IMG/VR virus record: IMGVR_UViG_3300027007_000030
Span: 1-58,117 of that record
Reading direction: 5' to 3' (one strand)
Length of the DNA: 58,117 nt
Origin: a virus
Lineage: Duplodnaviria; Caudoviricetes
Part shown: positions 57,200 through 58,117 of the stretch, piece by piece
How the letters are laid out: each line of letters begins with the position of its first letter
Position numbering within the stretch: the stretch's first letter is position 1
Made by a program: the position numbers and the translations under genes
The notes under the pieces: model-generated
The model's input: only the letters and a program-made list of their open reading frames with translations
Told to the model about the DNA's origin: nothing
Databases searched by the model: none

Positions 57200-57550
57200 G
57201 CAGACCGAACCCGGTCATGTATGCGTATAAGACCGACACAGAGATAGATTATCTGCGAAGATAGTAAGTCAAGCGAAACGTTCATATCTGTGGGGTATGT
57301 ATCCTATAGCGACGTCATTCGAAGACGTCGGAACCTCCCCAGAACCTCACGAGCCGGACACGCTACCCAGTCAAGGCCGGCTCACATCGTTTCATACCAC
57401 CGAGCAACGCGACCATCTAAGAACACGTACATTACTCCCCTACCTACCAGAATCAAAGACTATGAGAATCGCAATACTTAGATGGATAGGAACATCCTTA
57501 TATCGTGTAGATGTGAATAAGAGATGCCGCCCTGTGGAACGGGTGTTGCC

Positions 57551-58117
57551 ATGATTCTGTCCGACCGGGACATCAAAGCGGAGATCGAACGCGGCTCGCT
57601 GGTCGTCACCCCGTTGACCGACCCCGATCTTCAGATACAGCCAGCCAGCGTGGATGTCCGGCTTGGTGATGAGTTGATCGAGTTCACCGGCGGTGACGCC
57701 CCGATCAACCCACATGAGACGCGACCCGAAAAAGTGACACACCGCGTCGAGTTCGAGACGTACGCCATCGATCCCGGAGAGTTCGTGTTGATGACGACAC
57801 GAGAGTACGTCTCGATCCCCGACGACCTGATCGGGTTCGTCGAGGGGCGCTCGTCCTGGGGACGGTGGGGAATCACCGTCCACAGCACAGCCGGGCTGAT
57901 AGACCCCGGGTACCAGGGGATGATCACACTCGAAGTTTCGAACGAGGGTCAGATGCCGGTCGAGCTCGTCGCTGGCGACCGTATCGCACAGCTCACGTTC
58001 CAGCGTCTCACGAGCGCCTGTGAGCGCCCGTATGGCGAGGAGCGCGGCTCGAAGTACCAAGACCAGGATGGGCCGCAAGCAGCGCGTCTCGACCGCGAGC
58101 AGGCCATCGGAGATTGA
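57551..58117 (+). CDS. dcd: dCTP deaminase
   Basis: MILSDRDI, QIQPASVDVRL, EGRSS.GR.GI.VH.TAG.IDPGYQG.ITLE, RIAQL, SKYQDQ. Confidence 0.93.
   Translation: MILSDRDIKAEIERGSLVVTPLTDPDLQIQPASVDVRLGDELIEFTGGDAPINPHETRPEKVTHRVEFETYAIDPGEFVLMTTREYVSIPDDLIGFVEGRSSWGRWGITVHSTAGLIDPGYQGMITLEVSNEGQMPVELVAGDRIAQLTFQRLTSACERPYGEERGSKYQDQDGPQAARLDREQAIGD

Noticed and set aside
57200-57550. Short ORFs in the AT-rich gap before dcd
   Set aside because: Non-acidic, no motifs and atypical codon use. Probably intergenic or a decayed insertion, and it cannot be supported.
1-58117. Apparent scarcity of CTAG
   Set aside because: It cannot be counted reliably by eye, and CTAG avoidance is already well known in haloarchaea and their viruses.

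Overview
This window looks like a 58-kb piece of a haloarchaeal tailed-virus (myovirus) genome. The evidence is GC-rich DNA, very acidic proteins, archaeal-type replication genes and almost all genes on the + strand. Gene order is: head genes (1-6.5 kb); contractile tail, tape measure and baseplate (6.7-18.5 kb); a fibre/modification module (18.5-25.3 kb); membrane/lysis-like genes (25.4-27.1 kb); replication genes (RadB-like ATPase, intein-containing MCM-like helicase, DEDD exonuclease, primase; 27.3-35.2 kb); a GHKL ATPase, ParB-like protein and many zinc-finger microproteins (35.7-45.1 kb); and a glycosyltransferase/phosphotransferase cluster followed by ERCC4, Mom-like, PD-(D/E)xK and dCTP deaminase genes (45.4-58.1 kb). 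No terminase, portal, DNA polymerase, integrase, tRNA or CRISPR array was recognised. The most striking element is a putative fibre/adhesin protein with about 64 (H/Y/F)-x-(D/N) units arranged with mirror symmetry. It lies directly upstream of a radical SAM/SPASM enzyme and a Cys-rich partner, suggesting a RiPP-like maturation system acting on a virion protein. Three dispersed non-coding repeat families, a late-promoter-like motif, a viral prefoldin-like gene and a -1 frameshifted tail chaperone were also found. All product calls come from motif recognition and synteny by eye, not from database searches.
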